64,000 bases of DNA from sequence record NZ_CP064874.1; one strand, 5' to 3'. Shown here in pieces: positions 46,342 to 57,831 of the stretch. The translations under genes were made by a program, and so were the position numbers. This DNA comes from a plasmid. The notes below the pieces were generated by a model, which did not search any database, had not been told where the DNA came from, and saw nothing but the letters and a program-made list of their open reading frames with translations. Each line of letters starts with the position of its first letter. Position 1 is the first letter of the stretch.

Positions 46342-46956
46342 ATGGCGAGCGACGTCTTGCCGAGTCTTTCCAGGATGATGATCGGGTTCATCGGCGCTGT
46401 GGTCATCGGCGTGGTCGTGGGGTTCGTTCTCGGTCAGGCGCACCGCCTCCACGCGATGTTCGCACCCGTGCTCGAGTTCCTGCGCGCGATCCCTGCGGTC
46501 GCGTTGATTCCCCTCGTCATCATCGTGCTGGGCCTCGACGACACCGCGAAGGTGATTCTGATCACCTTCATCTGCCTCTGGCCCGTGCTCCTCAATACCG
46601 AAGCTGCAATCAGAGGAATGGACCCCGGACTGCGCGAGACCGCCCGGGTGTACGGCATCCACTGGTTCCGCTACGAGTTGCAGGTCGCACTTCCCGCGGC
46701 AGCTCCGCAGATCTTTGCCGGAATGCGCACGAGTCTTTCGCTCGCGCTCATCATGGTCGTCGTGAGCGAGATGATGGCGGGAGGCAACGGGATCGGCGTC
46801 TTCGTTCTTCAGTCGCAGAGGTCGTTCGCGATCACGGACATGTGGTCGGGCATCGTGCTCATCGGGATCTTCGGGTACGTGTTCAACCTGCTGCTCATCG
46901 TCGTCGAGAACCGGGTGCTCGCGTGGCACCACGGCGCGAACACCGCCGTGGAGTGA
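46342..46956 (+). pseudogene. ABC transporter permease (SsuC/TauC-like), 5'-truncated by IS5 copy B
   Basis: 204 aa beginning mid-membrane domain; EAA-like loop region; the ORF begins 33 bp after the IS end. Confidence 0.55.
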
Positions 46957-46978
46957 CACCGCGGTCGAGAGGACGCCC

Positions 46979-48145
46979 TCACACCTCGATGCCGCCGCAC
47001 CACACACGCAGAACGCGACGCGCGGCAGCGATGTCGGTGAGCGGATCGCCGTCCACCAGCACGAGGTCGGCTCGCAATCCGGGGGTGATCGCCCCCCGAT
47101 CGTCGAGTGAGAACGCGTGCGCGGCCGTCGAGGTGGCAGCGCGCAGCGCTTCGGCTGTTGACAGGCCGGCGTCCACGAGCAGAGCGAGTTCGTCGTGCAT
47201 GCTCTCGCCGTATGGCGGCATTGCCCGTTCGAGGAGCCCGATGTAGGCGTCTTCGTCGTGCATGCTCTCGCCGTATGGCGGCGATGCCCGTGTGAAGGAC
47301 CCGATGTTGGCGTCGGTGCCGGCCAGGACCGGAACGCCCGCGGCATGCATCGCGCGCGTGCTCTCGTGGGCGTGTGCATAGCTCACACCGGGAACGCCCG
47401 CTGCGGTGAGATTCGCGGCGACGCCTTTCATCACCGTCAAGGTCGGGATGAACACCGTGCCCTGGGCGAGCATCGTCTCAGCCGTCGCATCGTCGAGCGC
47501 GCGGTCGAGTGGAGCATGGGTGATCATGTCGGCCCCCGCAGCGAGGCTCATACGCACAGCTTCGTACAGGGCTGCGTGCGCGATGACCTTGAGCCCCCGC
47601 GCGTGCGCAGCAGCCACGAGTGCATCGAGCACGTCCTGGGTGGGACCGGGCAGATCGGCGATGATCTTGATGTAATCCACCCCGTCTGCCACCTGCACCT
47701 CGACGAACCGCTCCGCCTTGTCGGGGGAATCGACCAGCGCGACGTCCGGATAGGTCGGAATGCGGCTGTGCGTGCTGCCCTGAGATGTCGCCGCCATGCC
47801 GGCGGTGCGGAAGTCAGCGACTCCCCTCAGTCCCCGCAACGACTGGAACTGTGATGCGGGCCATGTCGCCATGTCCAGGCCGGTGGTGACACCGTACGTG
47901 GCGAGCGTCTCGAGGGACTCGCGCCCCTTCAGGTGCATGTGACAGTCGATCAGGCCAGGAAGGAGCACCGTACCTTCCGCGTTGACGACAGCGGCACCGA
48001 CGACGACCGCATCCGCTGATACGTCACCGATGCGCCCGTCGGGCTGGACGACGACCGTCGTGGGGGCGCTCAGACTGTGTCCGTCGAAGACCCTGGTGTT
48101 CGTGATCGCGGTCGCAGAGACTGCGCCGAGCGTGGAATCCGTCAT
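46979..48145 (-). CDS. amidohydrolase-family metal-dependent hydrolase; contains a 63-bp in-frame tandem duplication (47188-47313)
   Basis: LPGLIDCHMHL metal-binding motif; duplicated peptide PPYGESMHDE x2. Confidence 0.7.
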   Translation of the reverse strand: MTDSTLGAVSATAITNTRVFDGHSLSAPTTVVVQPDGRIGDVSADAVVVGAAVVNAEGTVLLPGLIDCHMHLKGRESLETLATYGVTTGLDMATWPASQFQSLRGLRGVADFRTAGMAATSQGSTHSRIPTYPDVALVDSPDKAERFVEVQVADGVDYIKIIADLPGPTQDVLDALVAAAHARGLKVIAHAALYEAVRMSLAAGADMITHAPLDRALDDATAETMLAQGTVFIPTLTVMKGVAANLTAAGVPGVSYAHAHESTRAMHAAGVPVLAGTDANIGSFTRASPPYGESMHDEDAYIGLLERAMPPYGESMHDELALLVDAGLSTAEALRAATSTAAHAFSLDDRGAITPGLRADLVLVDGDPLTDIAAARRVLRVWCGGIEV

Positions 48146-48199
48146 GAACTGCTCCGTTCGAGGAGATGTAGATACGAGACATTATTGTTCACGGGCTGA

Positions 48200-49105
48200 C
48201 TACTCTCCCGCCGACGCGTTGACGGCGGCGAGCTGCTCGTCGGGGGTCATGTTCATGAACGCCTCGAGCATCTCGGGAGTCATCTCGTAGACGGTCGGGA
48301 ACTGCCCGATCGGCACGACGGAGTGCAGCACCCGGTCGCCGTAGACGTGCACGAGGTTGTAGGACTGGCCGCCGTCCTGGCCGCGGGCACCGGGGTAGGC
48401 GACGGCGAGGTCCTGCGTGTAGCAGGTCGCCGACGCGACCGACACGGGCACGCCCGCGAACGTGCTGGTGGTCGAGTAGTGCAGGTGACCGCCCAGGATG
48501 CCGCGCACGTCGGTGCCCCGGATGACCTCGGCGAGGCGCTCCTGGTCGCGCAGCTCGACCAGGGCGATGAGCCCGATCGGGCTCGGCACGGGCGGGTGGT
48601 GCAGCGCGATGAGGGTGCCGTCGGGCGCGGGGACTTCGAGCTCGCGGCGCAGCCACGCCAACTGCTCGTCGCTGATCTCGCCGTGGTGCTGCCCGGGCAC
48701 CGTCGAGTCGAGCGCGATGATGCGCAGACCGTTGACGTCGTAGACGCGGTCGACGGGCTCGGACTGGTCGGCCTCCTCGTCGAGCAGGCCGCGGCGGAAC
48801 GCGACGCGCTCGTCGTGATTGCCCATCACCCAGATCACCTGGGCACCGAGCTTCTCGGCGGCGGGCTCGACGATGGCCCGCAGGCGCTCGTAGGCGTCGG
48901 GGCGGCCGGTGTCGGCGAGGTCGCCGGTGAACACGATCGCTTCGGGGCGGGCGTTGGCCTTGGTGAAGCCGTCGAACAGCTCTGCGAGGTTCTTGTCACT
49001 GTCGATGCGCTCGTGCAGCAGGTCGCCGTCGCCCACGAAGTGGGTGTCAGAGACATGCAGGATGAAGTGCTCGGGAGCGGGATGCTGGCTCGCGATGTGC
49101 GACAT
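48200..49105 (-). CDS. metallophosphoesterase (cyclic-nucleotide phosphodiesterase CpdA-like)
   Basis: HVSDTHF, GDLAD, GNHD, GHLH calcineurin-like phosphoesterase motifs. Confidence 0.75.
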   Translation of the reverse strand: MSHIASQHPAPEHFILHVSDTHFVGDGDLLHERIDSDKNLAELFDGFTKANARPEAIVFTGDLADTGRPDAYERLRAIVEPAAEKLGAQVIWVMGNHDERVAFRRGLLDEEADQSEPVDRVYDVNGLRIIALDSTVPGQHHGEISDEQLAWLRRELEVPAPDGTLIALHHPPVPSPIGLIALVELRDQERLAEVIRGTDVRGILGGHLHYSTTSTFAGVPVSVASATCYTQDLAVAYPGARGQDGGQSYNLVHVYGDRVLHSVVPIGQFPTVYEMTPEMLEAFMNMTPDEQLAAVNASAGE

Positions 49106-49123
49106 GGTGTGTGTTCCTTCCGA

Positions 49124-49954
49124 TCAGACCGCGGTGGCGGCGGGGTCGATGATCACGGCGGTGAGACGCTCGAGCTCGGTGGGGGTGAGTCCGTGGGCGA
49201 GGAGGTAGGCGCTGATCGACCCGTGCTCGCGGTCGATGCGCTCGAGCAGCGCCTCGAGCACCTCGGCGGGGCTCTCGGTGATGAGTTCGACCATTCCCGC
49301 GGTCAGTTCGATGCCGCGCTGTTCGAAGACGGCGGTCATCGCGTCTGACCACTCGCCGCGCAGGTTCTCGGCGGTGGCGGCGTAGTCGGCCACGACGTCG
49401 TCGCGGTCGACCCCGGCGGCGGCGAGCGCGAAGGCCACGACGAGACCGGTGCGGTCTTTGCCGGCGGTGCAGTGCACGAGCACCGCGTCGTCGTCGTCAG
49501 CCGCGATGATCACCCGGATCGCGTCGACCAGCTGCGCCCCGCGCTCGTCGACGATGTGGTCGTAGACGGGCACGAGTCCGACGTGCGTGGTGGCCTGCGC
49601 GGCCGGGTCGGCGTCGTCGAACACGGGCAGGTGGTGCACGGTGACCTCGAGCCCGTCGACCGCGCTCGGCGCTGTGGCGCGCTCGTCGCCGCCGCGCAGG
49701 TCGATGATGTGGGCGACGCCGATCTCGGCCAGCCGGTCGCGACCGGTCGCGTCGATGCGGTGCAGAGCATCTGACCGCAGCAGCTTGCCCCACCGGCTGG
49801 TGCCGCCGGCTGCACGGTAGCCGCCGGTGTCGCGCAGGTTGTAGAGGCCGGCCACGGCGTGGCGACGCTCACGAGGCGCCGCGGTCGCGGCATCCGGCGA
49901 CGAAGCGGCCGCGGCATCCGTCGCCGAAGGCGTCAGGTCGAGGTCGATGGTCAT
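49124..49954 (-). CDS. protein tyrosine/serine phosphatase
   Basis: ORF 49124..50092 trimmed to MTIDLDL; HCTAGKDRTG CX5R active site. Confidence 0.7.
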   Translation of the reverse strand: MTIDLDLTPSATDAAAASSPDAATAAPRERRHAVAGLYNLRDTGGYRAAGGTSRWGKLLRSDALHRIDATGRDRLAEIGVAHIIDLRGGDERATAPSAVDGLEVTVHHLPVFDDADPAAQATTHVGLVPVYDHIVDERGAQLVDAIRVIIAADDDDAVLVHCTAGKDRTGLVVAFALAAAGVDRDDVVADYAATAENLRGEWSDAMTAVFEQRGIELTAGMVELITESPAEVLEALLERIDREHGSISAYLLAHGLTPTELERLTAVIIDPAATAV

Positions 49955-50784
49955 TCGATCAGCCCCTGCGCGCGCTCGGCGGCCTCGGTCATAGTGGCGG
50001 CCGGGTCGGCGCCGTAGAAGACCGCGTCTTCGATGGCGGTGGCGAGCACCTGGTCGACCTGGGCGTAGCTGTCGCCGGGGTACGACACCCACGGCTCGAG
50101 CGCGTCGAGCTGCTCGAGGTTGGGCTTCACGAGCGGGTTGGCTTCGACCCAGTCATAGAGCGGTCCGCCCTCGTCGGCCATGCTGCTGCGCAGCGGTAGG
50201 TACCCGATCTGGGTCGAGATGATCTCGTAGGCGCGGGGGCTGGTCATGAACTGCATGAGCTCCCACGCGGCGGCCTGCTTGGCGGGGTCGGTGGCGAACA
50301 TCGCGAGGAACGAGCCCGAGTTGGTGGGCACGACCGCCTGGTCTCCGAACGCGGGCAGGGTGTGAGCGTCGAGGGTCCAGCCACCGGCCTCGGCGCCCAT
50401 CATGAACGCGCCCTGCAGGGCCGAGCTGTTGACGTGGATCGCGGTCTTCCCCTGCGCGAACGCCTCGTACTGGCTGGTGAAGTCCTCGTTGGTGAGCACG
50501 CCGTCCTCGTACATCTCGGTGAAGGTCGCGACCGTATCGATCGCGGCGTCCGAGCCGAACTCGATCGTCGTGCGGTCATCGCTCAGCACCTGGGCGCCGT
50601 TCGAGAGGAAGAGGCCCTGCATGCACCAGCTGCCGCCGGTGATCACGCACGACGCGCTCATCGAGGGGGCACCGGTGGACTCGGTGATCTGCGCGGCGGC
50701 GTCTTCGATGATCAGGTCGATATCACTGACGGCGGCGGTGCTCTTGAAGGAGCGACCGACACCAGAGAGCTGGATCGTTCCCAT
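49951..50784 (-). pseudogene. ABC sugar-type substrate-binding protein fragment (no signal peptide or N-domain)
   Basis: 277 aa resembling the C-terminal lobe of family-1 SBPs; too short and lacks a lipobox. Confidence 0.35.
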
Positions 50785-50886
50785 GAGTCGCCTTCTGCAA
50801 GCGACCTGACGAACCGGGGCCTTCCCGCGAAATCCGCTTGCAGAGCTATTGCAATCGAGGAAAGTGAATTTCCTGCAAACGGAGTG

Positions 50887-51806
50887 TCAACGCCCATCGC
50901 CGTGGTCGATAACGTCTGGCACGTCGGATGCCTCGGCGTCGGAGCCGTCGTCGGCGACGATGTCGAGCACCTCTTCGCGCACCGCGAGGCGCGCGCGGTC
51001 GGCGGCGTCGCTCATGCGGTCGGCGACGGCGATCTGCAGGGCGTTGAGCACGAGCAGCTGTACGAGCCCGCTGCCGAGAATGCCTTGACCCCACGCCTGG
51101 AAGCGCGCACCGGCGACGAGCAGGTGGTCGGCGCGGGTGGTGAGCGGGGTACGGGCGAAGCTCGTGACCCCGATCACGGTGGCGCCGGCGTCGACGGCGG
51201 CGTCCGCAACCGCGAGGGTCACCGAGTTGGCGCCACTCGAGCTGACGATGAGGCACACATCACCGGGGGCGAGCACGCGGGCGGTGAGGTGGGCGACCAC
51301 GCCGTCAGCGGGCGCTTCGCAGGGCCGGCCGTTGACGGCGAACGCGACGGCCGACGCCTGGGCGGCGGCGTGCGAGGCGCCGGTGCCCGAGATCAGCAGG
51401 CGCGGCGCGCGGGCGATGGCGTCGGCAGCGGCGTCGAACGCGACCGGGTCGATCGAGGCGAGCGCGGTCTGCAGCATCCCACCCGCCCCTCGGCCAGCCA
51501 CCGCAGAAAGCCCTCGGTGCCGGCGGGTGCGTCGGGCGCGGCGGTGGCGTCGGCGGCGAGGTCACGCACGAGCAGCATGCGCAGGTGCTGAAAGCTGCGC
51601 AGCCCCAGCGCCTGGGCGGTGCGGCTGACGGTGGCCGGCGACGTGTTGGCGGCTTCGGCGAGGTCGGCGCCCGACATGTCGACCACGTCGTGGGGTCGCT
51701 CGGCGCAGATGCGGGCGACGCGCTGCGCGCTCGGTACGAGCGACGGCAGGATCGAGAGGATGTGGTCGATGGTTCCGCCGAGCGGCGGCTCGTTGAGGGG
51801 CGAGTT
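50887..51806 (-). pseudogene. MurR/RpiR-family regulator disrupted by a frameshift (HTH_6 domain in ORF 51393..51878, SIS domain in ORF 50887..51501)
   Basis: HTH block SAQRVARICAERPHDVVDMSGADLAEAANTSPATVSR and SIS block LLISGTGASHAAAQ lie in different frames, switching near 51480-51500. Confidence 0.55.
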
Positions 51807-52791
51807 CATGTAGCCGGTGATCACCTTTCGGGTTCGCCGCACATCGTATGGGCGCAATGCGACCACGACCCCAACCATAGGTGAACGCAGCGTTCATCGC
51901 CTCCGCTATCCGCGAAAGGCAATTTCATGACCTCCCTGCGTCCGCTCGAGCTCCCGAACAGTGCCATGCCCGCAAGGAAGTCGGCCAAGGGTGACTCGAC
52001 CGAAGACGCCCACCTCGAGCGCCGCGATGGCGCCTACGATGACCGTCCGTGCGAGCCAGAGCCACGTGATCTGTCGATCCCGGCGGTCAAGCGCTCGAAC
52101 GTTCCGCACGTCGATGTTCCGCTGGCGGGGGCGCCGGGGCAGCAGACACCGGTAACCAACGACGCGAAGAAGCCTGCCACGACGATGACGCCCGCAGCGC
52201 GGAACCAGAGGGCGGGGGCGACGCGCGAAACTGATCCTGCTCATGGCCCGATCAGACCGATGGCCACTCAGACGTGAAAGGGGAGACATCGCGCCCGGGC
52301 CGAACCGTCGCACGCTGACGTCCCCTCACCGCGCAGTGCCCGCAAGGGGATGGTAGATGGGCGAGCAGTTCTGGGACTCTGGTCGACGATTCTTCAGCTC
52401 GCCTGTGGAAGTCCCTGGGACAACGCCTGTCGGATTCTCCAAACAGGAAAACCGCTGAGCTGCGCAATCAAGTCCACATCGAACTCGTGCTCGAAGTAGG
52501 CCACCCGCACCGCCCGGATGCGCGACGGATTGTCACCGAAAGCCAGTGTGAACTCGGTGGCGTAGCGCTCCCAGACGCTGAACTCATACCCCGGTGCCGT
52601 CACGATGCATTCACCTCATCCCGGGTGCAACTCTCAGGAGTGGTCGCGGTGCTAATGCGATGCTACGACACCCGTGTTAACGCCAGGACACAAGGAGATT
52701 CCGGGAAAGCTCGCTACGCACGGTGTGCACCGATACGGGGATGGCCCGCCCGGGGTGCATGGTTCACACCGGGGTGACCAAGGGAATTGGG

Positions 52792-54251
52792 GGCTCTTCG
52801 GACATGCGGTGGGGGTGAGGCTCGCCGGGTGATGGTCGGCGGGTAGGGGTCGAGGTCCCCGAGGATCAGTAGCGCCAACTGCTGATCCATCACGAGGACC
52901 TCGACGTGCTTCACCCTACTTCGGGGTGCGCTGACGCGCGCTCTGCCGCTGATCCGTGTTACCGCTGCGATCTGCTGGTCGGTCTCGACGGCGTCCATGT
53001 CGAGCACGTTGACCGCCGCGACGGGCTGCTGATCGTCACCGTTTCGACACCGGCGGCGCCGACCGGGTGCCCGTTGTGCGGGGTCGTGGCGATCGGTCGA
53101 GGGCGCCGCCGTCGAGTGTTGCATGACGTGCCGGGCGTGACGCGGGTGCGGATCGTCTGGCGGCAACGGGTCTGGCGATGCGGCGACGTGGGCTGTGCCA
53201 AGAAGACGTTCGTGGAGCAGCTTCCCTCGCTGGTCGCTCGGCGCGGGTCGCTCACAAGGCGAGCCGTCGACTGGGCGATCGGGCAGCTGCGCCGCGAGCA
53301 CGCCACGATCGAAGGACTACGTCGTCAGCTCGGGACATCGTGGAAGACGGTGTGGCGGGCTGTTGAGCCTGAACTGGTGCGGTTGGCAGCCGACGAGTCC
53401 CGGTTCGAGAACGTGACCACGCTCGGCGTCGACGAGCACATCTGGCATCACGTCGACCACCGCAAGCGGGGCTCGAAGGAACTGACCGGCATGGTCGACC
53501 TCAGCCGCGACAGCACCGGGAAGACGCGGGCCAGGCTGCTCGACCTCGTGCCGGGCAGATCGGGGAAGGCATACGCGTCCTGGCTCAGCGAGCGGGGCGA
53601 AGCGTTCCGAAAGAACGTGAAGGTGGCGGCGCTGGACCCGTTCGCGGGCTACAAGACTGCGATCGATGACACGCTCGAAGACGCGGTCGCTGTGCTGGAC
53701 GCGTTCCATGTCGTCAAGCTCGGCACCGCCGCCGTCGACGAGGTCCGCCGCCGCGTCCAGCAAGACACCCTCGGGCATCGCGGTCGGAAGGGCGACCCGC
53801 TCTACGGGATTCAGACCATCCTCCGTGCCGGGGCCGAGAACCTCACCGACAAGCAGCGGATCCGGCTGACCGCGGCAATCGAGGCCGATCCTGCGCACGA
53901 CGAGGTGTTCGTCGCGTGGCAGTGCGCACAGCAGCTGCGCTCTGCCTACCACGCGAAGGACCTGACCGAGGGGCGGCGGATCGCCGAGAGGGTGGTCGAC
54001 ACGTTCCACACCTGCCCGATCCCCGAGATCGCCCGCCTCGGCCGCACCCTCCGCCGCTGGCGTTCAGCGTTCCTGGCGTACTTCACCACGAGCCGCGCGA
54101 ACAACGGCGGCACCGAGGCGATCAACGGGATCATCGAGCTCCACCGCCGCCTCGCCCGCGGCTATCGCAACCGCGAGAACTACCGCCTCCGCATGCTCCT
54201 CACCGCCGGCGGACTCACCCCATGACCCCCCCACCGGATGTCCGAAGAGCC
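52792..54251 (+). mobile_element. ISL3-family insertion sequence, copy 2
   Basis: Same terminal IRs as copy 1; transposase 52906..54225 about 90 percent identical to copy 1. Confidence 0.8.
52906..54225 (+). CDS. ISL3 family transposase
   Basis: 439 aa, collinear with 31779..33098. Confidence 0.85.
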   Translation: MLHPTSGCADARSAADPCYRCDLLVGLDGVHVEHVDRRDGLLIVTVSTPAAPTGCPLCGVVAIGRGRRRRVLHDVPGVTRVRIVWRQRVWRCGDVGCAKKTFVEQLPSLVARRGSLTRRAVDWAIGQLRREHATIEGLRRQLGTSWKTVWRAVEPELVRLAADESRFENVTTLGVDEHIWHHVDHRKRGSKELTGMVDLSRDSTGKTRARLLDLVPGRSGKAYASWLSERGEAFRKNVKVAALDPFAGYKTAIDDTLEDAVAVLDAFHVVKLGTAAVDEVRRRVQQDTLGHRGRKGDPLYGIQTILRAGAENLTDKQRIRLTAAIEADPAHDEVFVAWQCAQQLRSAYHAKDLTEGRRIAERVVDTFHTCPIPEIARLGRTLRRWRSAFLAYFTTSRANNGGTEAINGIIELHRRLARGYRNRENYRLRMLLTAGGLTP

Positions 54252-54320
54252 AGTTAAGTGATATTGAGCCGGGAATGCCCATAAACGGCGTTCCCGGTTC
54301 ATGGACGTTCGGAAGTAGTA

Positions 54321-55193
54321 ATGGTGAGCAACGGAACCCTGGAAACGCAGTATCAGGATCGTGGGACTCTGACGGCGCGAATACGAGCACTTCGCCCATC
54401 CATGTCGCAAACGCAAGCGGCCGTGGCCAACGTTGTGTTGACGAACCCTGCCGGTGTATTGCACATGACGGTGAGTGAACTCGCGAGGGTGTCGCGCAGC
54501 TCCGTGGGGAGCGTGGTCCGGTTCTGCCAAGATCTGGGCCTCAAGGGGTATCAAGAATTCAAATTGCAGTTGGCCTCTGAAATTCCAGTTGGCGAAGAAT
54601 CCGGTGTCAGCCATACGGAAACGTCCGGGTCAATCGTGTCTGAAGTATTTCAATCGACGGCACGCGCTATTTCGGAAGGCGAAGCAAGTATTGATCCGAA
54701 CGAATTTCAACGTGCGGTGTCCGTGCTTGATAAGGCAGATCGGATTCTTCTGGTGGCTAGTGGCCAGTCCTCGCCAATTGCCCTTGATACTGCCCTCCGT
54801 TTCCGCAGCGTGGGGCTCGAGGTGAATCATCCGGGAGATCCGGTATCGCAACATATCGCATCCTCGATGCTGGGCCCGGGCGACGCTTGCCTGGCAATCA
54901 GCCACACCGGCCGCACCAAAGCAACGGTCGCGGCCGCGGAATCGGCGCGAGAGTCAGGGGCGGCGGTCGTTTCGGTGACCAGCTTCTATCGCTCCCCGCT
55001 GGTGGCCGCATCCACCGTGGCACTCGTTGCCGGATCAGGTGAGACGCGGTTTCAAATCGAGGCCATGATGAGCCGGTTTGTGCATCTCGCGGTGCTGGAT
55101 GCACTCTATTCTGCGATCACCGCCGAAAACCCCGAGCGCACCCTCAAGGGAGCGGCGCGGGCTGCGCAGGCTGAGGAAATGTTCCGCGACTGA
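54321..55193 (+). CDS. MurR/RpiR family transcriptional regulator (intact), in a lower-GC islet
   Basis: N-terminal HTH_6 plus SIS domain (LLVASGQSSPIALD). Confidence 0.75.
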   Translation: MVSNGTLETQYQDRGTLTARIRALRPSMSQTQAAVANVVLTNPAGVLHMTVSELARVSRSSVGSVVRFCQDLGLKGYQEFKLQLASEIPVGEESGVSHTETSGSIVSEVFQSTARAISEGEASIDPNEFQRAVSVLDKADRILLVASGQSSPIALDTALRFRSVGLEVNHPGDPVSQHIASSMLGPGDACLAISHTGRTKATVAAAESARESGAAVVSVTSFYRSPLVAASTVALVAGSGETRFQIEAMMSRFVHLAVLDALYSAITAENPERTLKGAARAAQAEEMFRD

Positions 55194-55268
55194 TCATTTG
55201 ATAGTTCAACAACACGGCCCGGGCCCTCCTGGAGGAGAGAGGACCCGGGCCGTAGCTTTTGGTTCGAA

Positions 55269-56150
55269 TTATGCCCAGGCCGTCGGCTTGTCCAGCGCGT
55301 TCAGTTCAATCTCGGCGAGGACTCCGTAGTGGTCGCTTGCCGTCGGATACTCGTTGAACACAACCTTGCTCGAGTTGATGACACTCTCGACCGTGAGGTG
55401 GTTTACCGTCGAGCCGGCGAGTACATAATCGATGCGGCGGTGGTGGGGTTCCTGCACCACGTAGTTCGGAACAATTCCCTGACCGTCGGTCACGCTTCGG
55501 GCGACCCACGGGCTATCGGTGGTCCAGGTGTAGCCGGGGCCACCGTCTCCGGCAATTGCCCAGGTGTCGCGGAAGGCGGCGCTGCGGCCGTTGATGGCTG
55601 ATTTGCCGGTGTAGAACCGCATGCAGTCCTGGTCGGGAGCGGCGTCAAAGTCGCCCGCAATAATCGTGGGGGCCTCTTGACGGCGCTTTTCTTCAAGTTC
55701 AGTGACGAACAGCGCCTGCTCCACACGAGCGGCCTCGTCGGTGAAATTGAAGCTCGGGCGCGGGCCGAGGAAGAGCATGTCCACGCCGATGGGCAGTGAC
55801 AGCACGGCTTCCCATACATAGGGTCCGTCGGCTGCGGGAAGCTTGTGGGTGGTAATGCTCTTGGGTTCCCAGCGCGTACCAACGGCGGTTCCCCAGGCGG
55901 GCCACTCGAAGTCAGCGAAGTCGGATGCGTGGCGAGCGAAGTCGGATGCGTGGTGCCAGTGGAGGCTCGAGTTTTCCTTTACGAGCTGGAAGGCATCGCG
56001 CTCCGGGGTGCGGACGACTTCCTGCAGGAAGACAATGTCGGCGTCGTGCTCTTCGAGGCCTTTAAGTAGGAGCGCGTCGCGCTTTTGCTGATCGCGGGGG
56101 GCGAGCCAAATGTTCAGTGTCAGTACCCGTAGGTTCATTTTTTTGTTCAT
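55269..56150 (-). CDS. endonuclease/exonuclease/phosphatase (EEP) family protein; 21-bp in-frame tandem duplication at 55915-55956
   Basis: LTLNIW...DIVFLQEV...IIAGDFDA...SDHYGVLAEI EEP motifs; duplicated HASDFAR/HASDFAD. Confidence 0.7.
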   Translation of the reverse strand: MNKKMNLRVLTLNIWLAPRDQQKRDALLLKGLEEHDADIVFLQEVVRTPERDAFQLVKENSSLHWHHASDFARHASDFADFEWPAWGTAVGTRWEPKSITTHKLPAADGPYVWEAVLSLPIGVDMLFLGPRPSFNFTDEAARVEQALFVTELEEKRRQEAPTIIAGDFDAAPDQDCMRFYTGKSAINGRSAAFRDTWAIAGDGGPGYTWTTDSPWVARSVTDGQGIVPNYVVQEPHHRRIDYVLAGSTVNHLTVESVINSSKVVFNEYPTASDHYGVLAEIELNALDKPTAWA

Positions 56151-56234
56151 GCGGGAAAGCTATGCCGCCAAAGTGAACAAGGTTCCAAAAAAGAGTTAAC
56201 TTGCGGAACTAATTTTTCCCGTCGAGTCGTCAGC

Positions 56235-56319
56235 GCTTGGGGAAGGCGTCGAAATCAATGTCGAGTTCGACCTGGTCGGCGCGGAAGCGGGTGTTTGAAT
56301 ACTGCAGTGGCCGGCCCCC
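56235..56319 (-). pseudogene. 3' gene fragment (about 28 codons, ...VELDIDFDAFPKR-stop) cut by IS3 copy 2
   Basis: In-frame coding tail ending at stop 56235 abutting the IS3 left IR; no upstream continuation. Confidence 0.3.
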
Positions 56320-57831
56320 TGTGCGTCAGGATGGGGTGAGACACCAGCACTGCTGACCTTCGCACTGCACGGGGCGAGAACGGACCAATACTGAGATGAC
56401 GATGACGGTTGCTGACGTCGGCACCGATGATGGGGCTATGGCTCCTCGTGCTGACCGGCCCAAGAGGCGGACGTTCACCGCCGAGTTCAAAGCGGCGATC
56501 CTGGCCGAGTACGACGCCGCGGACCGCTCTGGGCGTGGGGAGATCCTGCGCCGGGAGGGCCTGTACACCTCCCACATCATCGAGTGGCGCAAGGCCGCGG
56601 CCGCCGGCTCGCTGTCCGGGCTGGGCAGCAAGCCGCGGGACCGGCGCGAGCGGGAGCTGCAGGCGCTACGGGCCCGGGCGGAGAAGGCCGAGGCCGAGCT
56701 GGCCAAGACCAGGGCGGCGCTGGACCTGATGGGAAAAGCACACGCGCTCTTGGAGACGCTCTCCGAGAGCGCGGACAAGCCGCCGCGGTCGCCGCGGTGA
56801 TCAACCCGGCCGTCGACGGGCTGGCCGAGCACGTCGGCACCGCGGCTGCGTGCGCGCTGCTGGGTCGCTCCCGCGCCAGTCACTACCGGGCCAAGAACCC
56901 GCCACCGCCACGTCCACGGACACCGCGGCCGGCACCGGCGAACAAGCTGTCCGCCGCCGAGCGGGCCCACGTGCTGGCCGTGTTGACCAGCCAGCGGTTC
57001 GCGGACAAGTCGGTCGCCCAGGTCTGGGCCACGCTGCTGGACGAGGGCACCTACCTGTGCTCGATGTCCACGATGCACCGGATCCTGCGCGAGCACGACA
57101 TGGCCGGGGAACGGCGCCGGCAGGCGAGCCACCCGCCCCGGACCCGGCCCGAGCTCGTCGCGACGGCGCCGGGGCAGGTGTGGAGTTGGGACATCACAAA
57201 GCTCAAGGGGCCGGAGCGGGGCGTGTACTACGACCTGTACGTCGTGCTCGACATCTTCTCCAGGTTCGTCGTGGGCTGGACCATCGCGGCCCGCGAGGAC
57301 GCCGAGATCGCCAAGAACCTGCTCGAGCACGCCATGGGCATCCATGGCGTGCCGGAGGCGATCCACGCCGACCGCGGGACCTCGATGACCTCCAAACCGG
57401 TCGCTCAGCTGCTCGTCGACCTCGGGGTGGCCAGGTCGCACTCCCGCCCGCACGTGTCGAACGACAACCCTTACAGCGAGGCGGCGTTCAAGACGCTGAA
57501 GTACGCCCCGGTCTTCCCCGAGCGCTTCGGGTCCCTGGCCGACGCCGGCGCGTTCGCCGAGCAGTTCTTCGCCTACTACAACCACGAGCACCGCCACTGC
57601 GGGATCGGGCTGCACACCCCCGCCAGCGTCCACTTCGGCACCGCCGGGCAGGTCCGCGCCCAGCGCCAGGCCACCCTGGACGCGGCCTACGCCGCCCGTC
57701 CCGAGCGCTTCGGCCACCGCCGACCCCAGGCGCCCAAGCTGCCCGAGGCCGCCTGGATCAACCAGCCCTCACAGGAGGCCCTCATACAGACCGCCTGACG
57801 GAATCTGTCTCACCCGCCTTGACACTTTCCG
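56320..57831 (+). mobile_element. IS3-family insertion sequence, copy 2 (identical to copy 1)
   Basis: Identical OrfA/OrfB translations and ends to 19984-21495. Confidence 0.85.
56396..57798 (+). CDS. IS3 family transposase OrfAB (frameshifted)
   Basis: Identical to 20060..21462. Confidence 0.85.
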
